The notes: generated from the letters alone by a model not told the origin. A stretch of DNA of 64,000 bases from an uncultured Candidatus Rokubacteria bacterium (GCA_963805625.1 CAWDVE010000010.1:416001-480000); one strand, 5' to 3'; shown: positions 11,305 through 22,686, numbered from the stretch's first letter. A program made the numbers and translations.

Positions 11305-13838
11305 GCCAGGCTCCCCGTGCCCCGCGTCACGATGTTGACGAGCCGGCCCGGCACCACGACCACCCGCGCCACCTCGCGGGACTTCAGCCACGGCCGCACC
11401 TTCTCGTCCGCCAGTGCCTCGGTCCGGAGCCGGTCCTCCGCGATCTCGGGCGAGACGACGAGCCGTGTCCGCACCCGACCGTCGACCTGGACCACGACCT
11501 GGACCGCGTCCCGCTCGAGCGCCGCCGGGTCGGCCTCGGGCCACGATACCCGGAACACGCTGTCGCGGCGCCCGAGCTGCTCCCACAGCTCCTCCGCGAG
11601 GTGAGGCGCGAAGGGGGCGAGCAGGCGGACGAGAATCTCCATGGCCTCGGCGAGCAGGCTGGTCCGCTCCTCCGCCGCGGCCCGATCCAGCGACTCCGTC
11701 GCGTAGGCGTGCGTCGCGTTGACGAGCTCGTGGAGCGCGCTGATGGCGGTGTTGAAGTGGAACTCCTCGATGTCCGTCGTGACGCGCTGGATCGTCTCGT
11801 GGACCGTGCGACGGAAGGCGCGCCCCGGCGCCGAGAGGTCGGCGGGCCGGGGTTCCGCTCGCGTCAGCGCGGGTCGATTCGCCTGAAAGAATCGCCACAC
11901 GCGATTCAGGAAGCGGAACGCACCCTCCACCCCCTGGTCGCTCCACTCCAGGTCCTTCTCCGGCGGCGCCATGAAGAGCTCGAACACGCGACCCGTGTCG
12001 GCGCCGTACGTCACGATGAAGTCATCGGGGCTCACGACGTTGCCCTTGGACTTCGACATCTTGGCGCCGTCCTTCACCACCATGCCCTGGGTGAACAGGT
12101 TCTGGAACGGCTCGTCGAGCTTGAAGTAGCCGAGGTCGCGCAGGACCTTCGTGTAGAAGCGGGCGTAGAGGAGATGAAGGATGGCGTGCTCGATCCCACC
12201 CGTGTACTGGTCCACGGGCATCCAGTAGTGGACGGCGTCGGCCTCGGCCAGGCCACCGACGTGCCGGGGTGAGCAGAACCGCAGGAAGTACCACGAGGAG
12301 TCCACGAAGGTGTCCATCGTGTCCGTTTCGCGCCGGGCCGGTCCTCCACAGCGCGGGCACGTCGTGTTCACGAACCCGGGAACGTCGGCGATCGGCGAGC
12401 CACCCTTCCCCGTGATCTGGACGTCCTGGGGGAGCACGACGGGGAGCCGCTCGGGCCGCTCGGGCACCGTCCCGCACCTCGGGCAGTACACGATCGGGAT
12501 CGGCGCTCCCCAGTAGCGTTGCCGGCTGATGCCCCAGTCGCGCAGGCGATAATTGACCTTCCCGACACCGGCGCCCCGGGCAATGAGCCAGTCGATCGAC
12601 TTGCGCTTTGCCTCGGCAACCGTGAGGCCGTCGAGGAAGCCCGAGTTGATCTTCACGCCGTCGCCAGTGTACGCCTCGCCCATCCAGCCCGCCGGCCGCT
12701 CGACGGTCGCGATGATGGGGAGGTCATAGACCTTGGCGAAGTCCCAATCGCGCTGGTCCTCGCCCGGGACCGCCATGATGGCTCCCGTGCCATAGCCCAT
12801 GAGGACGTAGTCCGCCAGGAACAGCGGCACCTCGGCACCGTTGAACGGGTTGACGGCGCGTGCCCGCAGGCGGAGCCCGCGCTTCGGGTGGTCCGTGGCG
12901 AGCCGCTCGATCTCACTCTCGCGTGCGACCTCGGTCCGGAAGGCCGCGACCGCCGCACGCTCGTCGGGGTCGGTGACGAGCCGGTCGACGAGCGGATGCT
13001 CGGGCGCGAGGACGGCGTAGGTCATGCCGAAAGAGGTGTCGGGCCGGGTCGTGAAGACGCGGATCGCGAGCCCGGGCCGGCCGGCCACGGGAAGGTCGAA
13101 CTCGGCCCCCTCGCTCTTGCCGATCCAGTTGCGCTGCATCGTGAGGACGCGCTCCGGCCAGCCGACGAGGCGGTCACACCATTCGAGGAGCTCCTCCGCG
13201 TACGCCGTGATCTTGAAGTACCAGCTCTCGATCTCCTTCGTGACCACCTCGGAGTCGCAGCGCCAGCAGCGCCCGGCCTCGACCTGCTCGTTGGCGAGCA
13301 CGGTCTGACAGCTCGGGCACCAGTTGACGCGCGCGCTCTTCTGGTACGCGAGCCCGCGCTCGAACATCCTGACGAAGATGAGCTGCTCCCAGCGGTAGTA
13401 CTCCGGATCGCACGTCGCGATCTCCCGCTCCCAGTCGTAGGAGATCCCGAGGGTCTTCATCTGAGCCTTCATGGTGGCGATGTTCTCATACGTCCAGACC
13501 GCCGGGTGCACGCCGTTGTCGATGGCAGCGTTCTCGGCGGGGAGACCGAAGGCGTCCCACCCCATGGGATGGAGCACGTTGTACCCACGCATCCGCTTGT
13601 AGCGGGTGATCGCGTCGCCGATGGCGTAGTTCCGGACGTGCCCCATGTGGATCCGGCCGGAGGGGTACGGGAACATCTCGAGGCAGTAGTACTTGGGGCG
13701 GCCGGGCTCCTCGCGCACCCGGAAGAGACCGGTCTCCTCCCACACGCGCTGCCACTTCGTCTCGATGTCCCGGAAGGGATAGTGGTCGGGCCGGTCCTGG
13801 GTCACGGGTGCCTCGAGCCTCCTCCGATCAATGTCCAT
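11301..13838 (-). CDS. leuS: Leucine--tRNA ligase (true start may be GTG 13805)
   Basis: MFPYPSGRIHMGH, KMSKSKGN, RLRDWGISRQRYWG. Confidence 0.99.
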   Translation of the reverse strand: MDIDRRRLEAPVTQDRPDHYPFRDIETKWQRVWEETGLFRVREEPGRPKYYCLEMFPYPSGRIHMGHVRNYAIGDAITRYKRMRGYNVLHPMGWDAFGLPAENAAIDNGVHPAVWTYENIATMKAQMKTLGISYDWEREIATCDPEYYRWEQLIFVRMFERGLAYQKSARVNWCPSCQTVLANEQVEAGRCWRCDSEVVTKEIESWYFKITAYAEELLEWCDRLVGWPERVLTMQRNWIGKSEGAEFDLPVAGRPGLAIRVFTTRPDTSFGMTYAVLAPEHPLVDRLVTDPDERAAVAAFRTEVARESEIERLATDHPKRGLRLRARAVNPFNGAEVPLFLADYVLMGYGTGAIMAVPGEDQRDWDFAKVYDLPIIATVERPAGWMGEAYTGDGVKINSGFLDGLTVAEAKRKSIDWLIARGAGVGKVNYRLRDWGISRQRYWGAPIPIVYCPRCGTVPERPERLPVVLPQDVQITGKGGSPIADVPGFVNTTCPRCGGPARRETDTMDTFVDSSWYFLRFCSPRHVGGLAEADAVHYWMPVDQYTGGIEHAILHLLYARFYTKVLRDLGYFKLDEPFQNLFTQGMVVKDGAKMSKSKGNVVSPDDFIVTYGADTGRVFELFMAPPEKDLEWSDQGVEGAFRFLNRVWRFFQANRPALTRAEPRPADLSAPGRAFRRTVHETIQRVTTDIEEFHFNTAISALHELVNATHAYATESLDRAAAEERTSLLAEAMEILVRLLAPFAPHLAEELWEQLGRRDSVFRVSWPEADPAALERDAVQVVVQVDGRVRTRLVVSPEIAEDRLRTEALADEKVRPWLKSREVARVVVVPGRLVNIVTRGTGSLA

Positions 13839-13844
13839 GCATAT

Positions 13845-15722
13845 TTAGCAGAGATCCCCCTCCGATGCAAGGCTCGGCCCACCGGCCGGGGCGGATGCCG
13901 CCGCCGGTGACCCGGTCTCCTCCGCTTCGTGGTGGAAGAAGTCGTGGATACGCTGCGCGAGCTTCGGGGTGACCTTCGGCACCGAGGCGAGCTCCGCGAC
14001 GGAGGCGGTCCGCACCCGGCGCGCGGAGCCGAGAGACTTCAGGAGGTTCGTCCGGATCGACGGGCCCACCCCCGGGATCTGGTCGAGGACCGAGACGAGG
14101 GTCCGCTTCTGGCGGAGCTTCTTGTGGTAGGTGATCGCGAAGCGGTGCGCCTCGTCCCGGATGCGTTGGAGCGTCTGGAGCGCCGGCGACGCAAGGTCGA
14201 GGACGAGCGGATGGAGGCTTCCTGGGTGGTAGACCTCCTCCGCGCGCTTCGCCAGGGCGACGATGGGCAGGTAGTCGAGGCCCAGCTCCTCCAGGACGCG
14301 AGAGCCGGCGCTCAGCTGGCCGCGGCCGCCGTCGAGCAGGATGAGGTCCGGGAGCGTTCCACCGTCCTCCAGAGCCTTCCCGTAACGCCGCCGCAGGACC
14401 TCGGCCATCATCGCGAAGTCGTCGGCCCCGGGGACGGTGCGGATCTTGAACCGCTTGTAGTCGTCCTTCTTCATTGCGCCGGCTTCCCAGACGACCATGG
14501 AGCCCACCGCCTCCTGGCCCTGGATGTTCGAGATGTCGAAGCCCTCGATCCGGTGCGGAGCCTCCGGGAGCCCGAGCTCCCGGCGGAGGTCCTCGGCCAC
14601 GACCTGACGCCGGCTCGACCGGGCCAGCAGATGTGTCTGGAGGGCGAGCGCCGCGTTCTCCTCCGCCATGGCCACGAGCTCGCGCTTCCGTCCGCGCTGG
14701 GGGACGAGGAGATCCACGCGACCCTCGCGCAGCTGGGCCAGCCACTCCCCGAGCAGTGTCTCTTCCGGAACCTCGGTCGAGAGCAGGACCTCTCGCGGCG
14801 GCACCACGCTCTTCGAGTAGAACTGCCGCAGCAACGCGGAGAGGAGCTCGCCATCGGTGGCGCTCCCCAGCTTGTCCAGGAAGAATGCCTCGCGGCCGAG
14901 CAGACGGCCACGACGCACGAAGAAGATCTGGACGCACGCCTCGGACCCTTGGCGCGCCAGCCCCAGGATGTCCTGATCCTCCGGCTCGACTGAGATCATC
15001 TTCTGGCGCTCGCGGACCGTGTTCAGTGCCTGGACCTGGTCGCGGAGAATGCCCGCCCGCTCGAACTTTTCCTGCGCGGCGGCCTCCTCCATCTCCGTGG
15101 TCAGGCGCCGGGCCAGGTCCTCGTCCCGGCCCTCGAGGAAGGCCTGGACATCTTTCACCGTCCGGTCGTACCCCTCGCGCGTCTCCCACCCGGTGCACGG
15201 CGCGTTGCACCGGTGGATGTAGTACTGGAGGCACGGCCGCTCCGCCGCCCCGTCGATCTTGATGCTGCAGGTCCGGAGTGGGAACAGCGCCCGCACGAGG
15301 CGGAGGGTCTCGCGAAGCGCCGTCGCCGGGTAGAACGGGCCGTAGTATGTCGCACCGTCCTTTTGGACCCGACGGGCCACCAGGAGGCGCGGGAACTCCT
15401 CGTTCGTCGTCAGCTTCAGGAAGGGATAATGCTTGTCGTCGCGCAGGATGATGTTGTAGCGGGGCCGGTGGCGCTTCACGAGATTCGACTCGAGGATCAG
15501 CGCCTCGAGCTCGTTGGCGGTGACGATGTAGTCGAGGTCGGCGATGTGATCGACGAGGGCGTCTGTCTTCGCGTCGCGGGTGCGAGAGGCCTGGAAGTAG
15601 GAGCGAACCCGCGACCGAACGGACGCCGCCTTCCCCACGTAGACCACCTGGCCCTTGGCGTCCTTGTAGAGATAGACGCCCGGCCGGTCCGGGAGGCGCT
15701 CGAGCTTCTCCGCTAGATCCAC
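13845..15722 (-). CDS. uvrC: Excinuclease ABC subunit C
   Basis: GIY-YIG LPDRPGVYLY..YVGKA, IEGFDISN, DGGRGQL, RDEAHRFA; start GTG 15722 or ATG 15731. Confidence 0.98.
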   Translation of the reverse strand: MDLAEKLERLPDRPGVYLYKDAKGQVVYVGKAASVRSRVRSYFQASRTRDAKTDALVDHIADLDYIVTANELEALILESNLVKRHRPRYNIILRDDKHYPFLKLTTNEEFPRLLVARRVQKDGATYYGPFYPATALRETLRLVRALFPLRTCSIKIDGAAERPCLQYYIHRCNAPCTGWETREGYDRTVKDVQAFLEGRDEDLARRLTTEMEEAAAQEKFERAGILRDQVQALNTVRERQKMISVEPEDQDILGLARQGSEACVQIFFVRRGRLLGREAFFLDKLGSATDGELLSALLRQFYSKSVVPPREVLLSTEVPEETLLGEWLAQLREGRVDLLVPQRGRKRELVAMAEENAALALQTHLLARSSRRQVVAEDLRRELGLPEAPHRIEGFDISNIQGQEAVGSMVVWEAGAMKKDDYKRFKIRTVPGADDFAMMAEVLRRRYGKALEDGGTLPDLILLDGGRGQLSAGSRVLEELGLDYLPIVALAKRAEEVYHPGSLHPLVLDLASPALQTLQRIRDEAHRFAITYHKKLRQKRTLVSVLDQIPGVGPSIRTNLLKSLGSARRVRTASVAELASVPKVTPKLAQRIHDFFHHEAEETGSPAAASAPAGGPSLASEGDLC

Positions 15723-15823
15723 CGACTCCATCGTACGCCGGCGTACGCCGGCTGGTCGGACCCGGTCACTCGATGACCTCATCCGCCCGCACCAGCACCG
15801 GGTGCCACCTCCCTGTCGACGCG

Positions 15824-17818
15824 TCAGTCCCGGACGGACAGGTCGCGCTTGCGGAGGCCGCGGAGGCGGTCGCGGAGCTCGGCCGCTCGCTCGAAGTCGA
15901 GGCGCTTCGCGGCGTCCTTCATCTCGCTCTCGATCCGCTTGACCGCCTCGGCCAGCGTTTCCCCGGAGTCGAAGCTCTCGTCAGGAGTTTCCGCCTCGAC
16001 GGTGTAGTAGTCGCGCTCCTCGACAGACCGCATGACGTCGCGGATCGACGATCGGATCGACTCCGGGGTGATGTCATGCTCGGCGTTGTAGGCGGCCTGG
16101 ATCGCGCGCCGCCGCTCGGTCTCGCCGAGAGCGGTCCGCATCGAATCGGTGATCTTGTCCGCGTACATGATGACCTCGCCGCGGACGTTTCGGGCCGCGC
16201 GCCCGGACGTCTGGACGAGCGAGGTCGCCGAGCGGAGGTAGCCCTCCTTGTCGGCGTCGAGTATCGCGACCAGGGACACCTCCGGGATGTCGAGACCCTC
16301 GCGGAGCAGGTTGATACCGACCAGGGCGTCGAACTTGCCGAGCCGGAGGTCCCGGATCACCTCGACGCGCTCGAGGGTGTCGACGTCGGAGTGGAGGTAC
16401 CGCACGCGGAGCCCCATCTGGAGGTAGTACTGGCTGAGATCCTCCGCCATGCGCTTCGTGAGCGTCGTGACCAGTACCCGCTCATTCCGCTCGGCCCGCG
16501 CGCGGATCTCCTCCATGAGGTCGTCGACCTGCTCGCCGGCGGGGCGCACCGTGATGGCGGGATCCATGAGCCCCGTCGGCCGGATGATCTGCTCGGCCAC
16601 GGCGCCATCGGACTTCTCGAGCTCGTACGCCGCGGGAGTGGCCGAGACGTAGAGCACCTGGCCCACCACCGCCGCGAACTCGTCGAAGGTGAGCGGCCGA
16701 TTGTCGAACGCCGACGGAAGCCGGAACCCGTACTCGACGAGTGCTTCCTTCCGGGACCGGTCGCCGTGTAGCATCCCTCGCAGCTGGGGCACGCCGACGT
16801 GGCTCTCGTCGATCACCACCAGCGTGTCCTTCGGGAGGTAGTCGATCAGCGTCGCGGGGGTCTCCCCTGCCCGTCGGCCCGCGAGGTGGCGGGAGTAGTT
16901 CTCGATCCCGTGGCAGTAGCCGATCTCCCGGAGCATCTCCAGGTCGAACAGCGTGCGCTGCTCGAGCCGCTGTGCCTCCAGCAGGCGATTGTGGGCCCGG
17001 AAGTAGGTCAGACGGTCGGCCAGCTCCGTCTTGATGGATTCCGCAGCCCGCTCGAGCTCCTCCGCGGGCGTCACGTAGTGGCTCGCCGGGTACACGGCGG
17101 CGCGGTCGAGGCGCTCCAGGAGCTGCCCCTTCAGGGGGTCGATGCGGTGGATGGCCTCGATCGTGTCCCCGAAAAGCTCGACGCGGAGGGCCACGCTCTC
17201 GGCGGCGACCGGGAAGATCTCGACGACGTCGCCCCGGACGCGAAACGTCCCCCGGCGGAAGTCGTAGTCGTTGCGCTCGTACTGGAGCGCGACGAGCTGC
17301 CGAAGGATGTCATCGCGCTCCCGCTCCTCCCCCTCCGTCAGCTCGAGGTGCATTCCGTGGTAGGTCTCGGGCGAGCCGAGACCGTAGATGCACGAGACCG
17401 ACGCGACGATGACCACGTCGCGCCGCTCGAAGAGCGACTTGGTGGTCGAGTGGCGCATCCGGTCGATCTCGTCGTTGATGAGCGCGTCCTTCTCGATGTA
17501 GGTGTCCGACTGCGGGATGTAGGCCTCGGGCTGGTAGTAGTCGTAGTAGGAGACGAAGTACTCGACCGCGTTCTCCGGGAAGAAGGCCTTGAACTCGCCG
17601 TACAGCTGGGCGGCCAGCGTCTTGTTCGGCGACATGACCAGCGTCGGGCGCTGAAGCCGCTCGATGACCGACGCGACCGTGAACGTCTTGCCGGATCCGG
17701 TCACGCCCAGGAGGGCCGCGTGGGGACGTCCCGCGGCGAGCCAGTCCGACAGACGCCCGATCGCGCCCGGCTGATCGCCCTTGGGGGTGTAGTCGGAGAC
17801 GAGCCTGAATGGTGGCAT
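15824..17818 (-). CDS. uvrB: Excinuclease ABC subunit B
   Basis: [44 protein letters not shown]; ATG 17818. Confidence 0.99.
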   Translation of the reverse strand: MPPFRLVSDYTPKGDQPGAIGRLSDWLAAGRPHAALLGVTGSGKTFTVASVIERLQRPTLVMSPNKTLAAQLYGEFKAFFPENAVEYFVSYYDYYQPEAYIPQSDTYIEKDALINDEIDRMRHSTTKSLFERRDVVIVASVSCIYGLGSPETYHGMHLELTEGEERERDDILRQLVALQYERNDYDFRRGTFRVRGDVVEIFPVAAESVALRVELFGDTIEAIHRIDPLKGQLLERLDRAAVYPASHYVTPAEELERAAESIKTELADRLTYFRAHNRLLEAQRLEQRTLFDLEMLREIGYCHGIENYSRHLAGRRAGETPATLIDYLPKDTLVVIDESHVGVPQLRGMLHGDRSRKEALVEYGFRLPSAFDNRPLTFDEFAAVVGQVLYVSATPAAYELEKSDGAVAEQIIRPTGLMDPAITVRPAGEQVDDLMEEIRARAERNERVLVTTLTKRMAEDLSQYYLQMGLRVRYLHSDVDTLERVEVIRDLRLGKFDALVGINLLREGLDIPEVSLVAILDADKEGYLRSATSLVQTSGRAARNVRGEVIMYADKITDSMRTALGETERRRAIQAAYNAEHDITPESIRSSIRDVMRSVEERDYYTVEAETPDESFDSGETLAEAVKRIESEMKDAAKRLDFERAAELRDRLRGLRKRDLSVRD

Positions 17819-17853
17819 TGCCCTACTGCCAGTGTACGCGCGAGACGGGGCGC

Positions 17854-18396
17854 TCAGGCGCCCGAGGAGAGAGCTGCCGGGACCGCGTGGAGGTACTTCC
17901 GCCAGGCGTCGAGGAAGAAGGACGCGTGCGGGTGGCGGAGGAGGTGCACCGAGAAGAGGAACTGCGGATGCGCGGGCATCCGGACCAGCACCATGCTGGC
18001 CTCGTCGGCGGTCCGGTTCCCCTTGTAGAGGTTGCAGCGGAGACACGCCGCGACCACGTTCGTCCAGGTCGTCCCGCCCCCGCGCGAGCGCGGCACCACA
18101 TGGTCCACCGTGAGCCGGTCTCCACGGCGGCCGCAGTACTGGCACGTGTAGTGGTCGCGCCGGAGGATGTTTTTCTTGTTGAAGGCGACCCGCTCCACGA
18201 AGGGCTTTCGGATGTACATCATGAGGCGGATCACCGAGGGCAGCGGGAACGTGTGGGAAGGCGAACGGATCACCCGGGGCGAGGGCTCGACGGTCTCGGC
18301 TTTGCCACTGAGGAGGAGGGTGATCGCGCGGCGGGCGTTGGTGAAGTGGAGGGGTTCGAAGCTCCCGTTGAGCACTAGTACGGCCACTTCGTCCAT
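17854..18396 (-). CDS. HNH endonuclease (McrA-like, Zn-finger)
   Basis: [11 protein letters not shown]...[28 protein letters not shown]. Confidence 0.92.
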   Translation of the reverse strand: MDEVAVLVLNGSFEPLHFTNARRAITLLLSGKAETVEPSPRVIRSPSHTFPLPSVIRLMMYIRKPFVERVAFNKKNILRRDHYTCQYCGRRGDRLTVDHVVPRSRGGGTTWTNVVAACLRCNLYKGNRTADEASMVLVRMPAHPQFLFSVHLLRHPHASFFLDAWRKYLHAVPAALSSGA

Positions 18397-18483
18397 ATGC
18401 CATCGAATGATACGGAGGGGCCATCGTGCCTGTCAACCGCGGTGTCCGCTCGGATCGGACGAGGCCGGGGCGCCGGCAACCCG

Positions 18484-19404
18484 TCACCGCCGGGCGAGGT
18501 TCGTGAGGAAGAAACGAAGGTTGGCCGGTCGCTCGGCGAGGCGCCGGATGAAGTAGCCGTACCAGTCCTTCCCGAAGGGCACGAGCACGCGCAGCCGCAC
18601 CCCCAGGTCGAGGAACGTCCGGTGGAGCTCCGGACGGATTCCGTGGAGCATCTGGAACTCGTAGCGGTCGGGGACGAGCCCGAACTCCCGCGCCCGGTCG
18701 GCAATGACCCGGATCAGACGCTCGTCGTGCGTGGCGAAGGCCGGGTAGGCGCCGGCAGTTTGCGCTTCCTTCGAGAAGAGCATCCCGGCCAGCCGCGCGT
18801 AGTTCCGGTCCACGTCCGTCTTTCGCGGGAACGCCCGGTCCGACGGCTCCCGGTAGGCGCCCTTGCAGAGACGCAGACGAAGCCCCCCCGGGACGAGCCC
18901 GCGCAGATCGGCCTCCGTGCGGTGGAGATACGCCTGCAGCACGCAGGCCACGTTCCGCCAGCGCCGTCGGAGGCGCCGGTAGAGTGCCAGCGTCCGCTCC
19001 GTGTAGTCCGAGCCCTCCATGTCGATCCAGACCCAGGTCTCGCCCGCTCGCTCGAGGACACGCTCGACGTTTGCGAGCGCGACCTCTTCCCCGATGTCGA
19101 GGCCGAGGTGCGTGAGCTTGAGCGACGGCGTCACGCCGAGCCGCCGGCGTCGCGCCTCCTCGATGAGGTGGCCGTACACGTCGGCGGCCGCGGCGGCGGC
19201 CCTCGGCGTGGTGACGTTCTCCCCGAGATAGGTGACGGCCGTCTGGAGTCCCTGCCCCTCGAGGCGTTCCAGGACGTCGAGAGCATGGGCCGGGGTCTCG
19301 CCGGCCACGAAGCGTCGGACCATCCGACGCGATAGCGGCCACCGCTCGAGCCCTCGACCGATCGCGGGCTTCGTGGACAGATGGAGCAGAGCTTCACGGA
19401 GCAC
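18484..19404 (-). CDS. Monofunctional proline dehydrogenase
   Basis: [45 protein letters not shown]. Confidence 0.93.
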   Translation of the reverse strand: MLREALLHLSTKPAIGRGLERWPLSRRMVRRFVAGETPAHALDVLERLEGQGLQTAVTYLGENVTTPRAAAAAADVYGHLIEEARRRRLGVTPSLKLTHLGLDIGEEVALANVERVLERAGETWVWIDMEGSDYTERTLALYRRLRRRWRNVACVLQAYLHRTEADLRGLVPGGLRLRLCKGAYREPSDRAFPRKTDVDRNYARLAGMLFSKEAQTAGAYPAFATHDERLIRVIADRAREFGLVPDRYEFQMLHGIRPELHRTFLDLGVRLRVLVPFGKDWYGYFIRRLAERPANLRFFLTNLARR

Positions 19405-19540
19405 GATGGCGACCTCTGGATTCGGAGAGTGCCGAACTCGATGCGCGTCTCGAGCGCGTCCAGGCGCAGTCTAGCAAAGCGCCCAAAGTGCGGCAAGGTT
19501 GACGCGTGCTTGTTCGCCGCGAGGGGCGCGAGCGCCGCCT

Positions 19541-20497
19541 CTACGCGCGTGGCGACGGAGGGGACGGACGCCATCCGACCGCATCGAGGAGGATGCCCTC
19601 GCGCAGCCCGGCGTCCGAGACCGTGGCCGCCGGGAGATTGAGGCCGGCGAGCGCCGCGGCGAGCACGATCGCGCCCGGCACGATGACATCGGCGCGGCCA
19701 GGCTCGAGTCCCGGGGTCCGGGCGCGCTCGGCGAGCGGGAGCGCAGCGAGCCACTCGGTGAGTCGCGCGATGGCGATCGCACTGAGGCGGTGCCCGTGCA
19801 CGCGTCCCGGGTCGTATGCTGGGAGACCGAGGTCGAGCACGGCCAGCGTCGTGGGCGTTCCCGCGGTCGCGACGAGCGTCGTCGGCCGGCACGGCCGGAT
19901 CCGATCCCAGGCCTCGTCACGGAAGCGCGCGTCCACGTACGCTCGGCACGCCTCCAGTTCGACGGGCGCGACCGGATCGTGCACGAAGAAGCGCTCGACG
20001 AGATGGACGACCCCGAGCGCGAGACTCACCGCCATCAGCACGCGCCCGCCCTCGGCGACCAACACCTCGGTGCTGCCTCCGCCGATGTCGAGGAGCGCGA
20101 ACGTGCCGGCGACGGCGCCAAGGCCCCACGCGGCGCCGAGGAGCGTCAGGCCCGCCTCCTCCTCGCCGCTCACGACCCTCGGGTGAACCCCGGGCTCCGC
20201 CCCGAGCCGGGCGAGGAATTCGCGGCCGTCCCGTGCCTGGCGAACGGCGGCGGTCGCGACCAGGAGCATCTCGGCTGCCCCCAGGAGGAGGGCGCGGTCC
20301 CGGAACCGGCGGACCGCGGCCAGCGTCCGGTCCGCGGCGGCCGGGGCAAGGGTGCCACGCTCCGTCAAGCCCTCGCCGAGGCGTGTGACCGTCTGGTCGG
20401 CCCACAGGGGGACGAGCCCGGTCGCCGGGTCCATCTCCGCGACGAGGATGCGGACCGTGTTCGTCCCGAGGTCGATCGCGGCGAGGGGTCGCCTCAC
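19541..20497 (-). CDS. Ppx/GppA family phosphatase
   Basis: AAIDLGTNTVR, VATAAVR, SGEEEA, DIGGGSTE, GLREG. Confidence 0.93.
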   Translation of the reverse strand: MRRPLAAIDLGTNTVRILVAEMDPATGLVPLWADQTVTRLGEGLTERGTLAPAAADRTLAAVRRFRDRALLLGAAEMLLVATAAVRQARDGREFLARLGAEPGVHPRVVSGEEEAGLTLLGAAWGLGAVAGTFALLDIGGGSTEVLVAEGGRVLMAVSLALGVVHLVERFFVHDPVAPVELEACRAYVDARFRDEAWDRIRPCRPTTLVATAGTPTTLAVLDLGLPAYDPGRVHGHRLSAIAIARLTEWLAALPLAERARTPGLEPGRADVIVPGAIVLAAALAGLNLPAATVSDAGLREGILLDAVGWRPSPPSPRA

Positions 20498-22686
20498 CTC
20501 CGTCGGGCCGAAGCGCGCTCGAGCAGCGTGGCGACGGTGGCCCGGAGCGTGTCGAGGCCGACGGGCTTTTCGACGACCGCGTCGATGCCGTGCGTCTCGA
20601 GGGTTTCCGGGGCCACACGCCCGGGCCAGCCCGTGACCAGGATCACCGGGGTGCCGGGCAGCGCTCGCTTCACCGTCCGGGCGAGCTCGAGACCGGAGCC
20701 GCCGGGCAGCACGAGGTCCGTCACGACGAGGTCCATCGGCTCCCGGCCGAGCAGCGCGACGGCGTCACCGACGTCGCTTGCGGCGCGCGCCACGTAGCCA
20801 TCGCGCGCGAGTCCCTGGACCAGGGTTTCCCGCACCGCCTGGTCGTCATCGACCACGAGAATCCTGCGCGGGGCTGGGGAGCTGGGCTCGGGGCGACCCG
20901 GGCCCAGCCGGGCTCCCGCAGCGGTCGGCAGGCGAAGGCGGACCGTCGTCCCCTGCCCCGGGACGCTCTCGATCTCGAGCTCGCCTCGATGGCGGGAGGC
21001 CATGGTCCGGACCACCGCCAACCCGACGCCGAGCCGTCCTGGCCCCTTCGTCGTGAAGAACGGCTCGTCCGCCCGTGTGCGGGTCGCCTCGTCCATGCCC
21101 CGTCCTCGGTCCGTGACGGACAGCTCGACGTGCGTCACGCCGTTCCAGCGGAGGGAGACGGCGACCGAGCCCGCATCGTTCCCCGCTTCGCGCGCGTTCT
21201 GCAGCAGGTGGTGCAAGGCCTGCCGGAGCTCCTCGGGGTGTACGCGAACCGGGGGCACCGGGTCGAGATCGAGCGTAACCGACGGCACGCCGCCTTCGTC
21301 GGCCCAGAGCCGCTCGGTGGCACGGACCGAATCACGCACCGCCGCGCCGATGTCGACGGGGGCTGCTGAGTGCGCGCCGGAGCGCGGCGCGAAGCCGAGG
21401 ACCCGCCGCACGCCTTCCGCCACCCGCCAGGCGGCCTCCTCGGCGTGGGCGAGGTCTCGTGCGGCCGCGGAGTCCCCGACTTGGTCCCGGACCGCTGCTA
21501 GCCGACCAAGGACGACGGCCAGCAGGCTCGCCATGTCACCGAGCGGTGCGGCGTCGGCGTCGGGCGTGTCGGCTCGCGGCGGGAAGTCAGCGGACGCATC
21601 GGCGACGCTGCGAAGCGACTCGGCGTGCAGGCGCGCGTTCCGGAGCGCGAGCGCGGCGGCATGCTCGAAGGCCGGGGACAGGGCGATTCCGCAGGATCCC
21701 GAGCTGCCGATCGCGAGGAGCGCGACCAGCCAGTCGTCCACCGCTAGCGGCAGGATGGCCCGCGGCGTGGTGCCGAGACAGTGGGCGAGCGCTGGGTCAT
21801 GCTGGGCCGCCTCGGTGGGAACGAAGGGCCGCCGCGCCGCCACGACGGCGTCGAGTGTCGGCGTGGGGCCGGGTGCCGTGGCGTCATCCGGTAGACCTGC
21901 CCCTCCCGCCAGGATGAAGCCATCGCCATCCGGCAGAAGGACTGCAACCGCGTCGGCTCCGAGGCGCGCCGCCGCCTCTGTTGCCACCGCTGCCGCGGTT
22001 CGGGCTGGATCGAGGCTCGCGAAGAGCCCGGAGGGAACCGCCTGCTCCCTCGTCCTCTCGGATCCGGAGCGGAGAGCCTCGCCGAGGAGCTCAGCCGCCA
22101 CGATCAGAGTGCCGATCGTGTCGGGCTCGAAGGGAACCGACCGCCGCCGTCCCACCAGGAACGCTCCCACGAGGAGACCGGTGGAAGCGTGAACCGGGAT
22201 CGCCAGCGCGGCGCCGAGGCCGTGGTGGTCGAGCAGGGCGTCGGGAGCTCCCAGGCCGGGCCCCGCCTGCACCACCTCGTCGGTACGGATTGCGCGGCCC
22301 GCGATGCCTTCATCCGCGCGGGGCTCGAGCGGGAGGCGAAAGCCTCGCTGAGCAAGCACGGCAAGCGTGCTCTCACCGGACGGCCGGAGGATCGCCGCAC
22401 AATCGGCACGAACGTGCGTGAGCGCGCGGTCGATCGCGAGGAGGCAGGCCTCGGATTGACTCGTGCCGCGGCCGATGGCCAGGAGGCTCTGAAGGCCGGC
22501 GAGGCGGGCGCGTGTTGGCTCGTCGAGAAGGGCGCCAGGCGGTGCGGTCGCTGCCGCGACCCCGACGGCGTCGGCCAGCGCGTCGAGGCGGCGAGTGATG
22601 CCGGCGAGGGCTTTCCGGATCTCGCCGAGCGACCCGTCCTCGGCGCTCACGGTCGGGAGTATAGGAACCGTCCGGGGCGCGGTCAA
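20494..22686 (-). CDS. GAF-GAF-HATPase-receiver hybrid protein lacking the H-box histidine (pseudokinase)
   Basis: Two GAF-like regions; LQNAREA, VTDRGRGM, EPFFTTK, GVGLA; C-terminal REC (VVDDD, VTDLVLPG, KP); HisKA reads LGDMASLLAVVLGR. Confidence 0.82.
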   Translation of the reverse strand: MTAPRTVPILPTVSAEDGSLGEIRKALAGITRRLDALADAVGVAAATAPPGALLDEPTRARLAGLQSLLAIGRGTSQSEACLLAIDRALTHVRADCAAILRPSGESTLAVLAQRGFRLPLEPRADEGIAGRAIRTDEVVQAGPGLGAPDALLDHHGLGAALAIPVHASTGLLVGAFLVGRRRSVPFEPDTIGTLIVAAELLGEALRSGSERTREQAVPSGLFASLDPARTAAAVATEAAARLGADAVAVLLPDGDGFILAGGAGLPDDATAPGPTPTLDAVVAARRPFVPTEAAQHDPALAHCLGTTPRAILPLAVDDWLVALLAIGSSGSCGIALSPAFEHAAALALRNARLHAESLRSVADASADFPPRADTPDADAAPLGDMASLLAVVLGRLAAVRDQVGDSAAARDLAHAEEAAWRVAEGVRRVLGFAPRSGAHSAAPVDIGAAVRDSVRATERLWADEGGVPSVTLDLDPVPPVRVHPEELRQALHHLLQNAREAGNDAGSVAVSLRWNGVTHVELSVTDRGRGMDEATRTRADEPFFTTKGPGRLGVGLAVVRTMASRHRGELEIESVPGQGTTVRLRLPTAAGARLGPGRPEPSSPAPRRILVVDDDQAVRETLVQGLARDGYVARAASDVGDAVALLGREPMDLVVTDLVLPGGSGLELARTVKRALPGTPVILVTGWPGRVAPETLETHGIDAVVEKPVGLDTLRATVATLLERASARRR

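Noticed and set aside
17854-18396. HNH as IscB/Cas9-like or a homing endonuclease
   Set aside because: Only 180 aa, no RuvC motifs, no room for a guide RNA, and not inside an intron or intein
15824-19342. 1172-aa ORF suggesting a UvrB fusion
   Set aside because: The N-terminal part is an off-frame read through the proline dehydrogenase and HNH genes; UvrB starts at 17818
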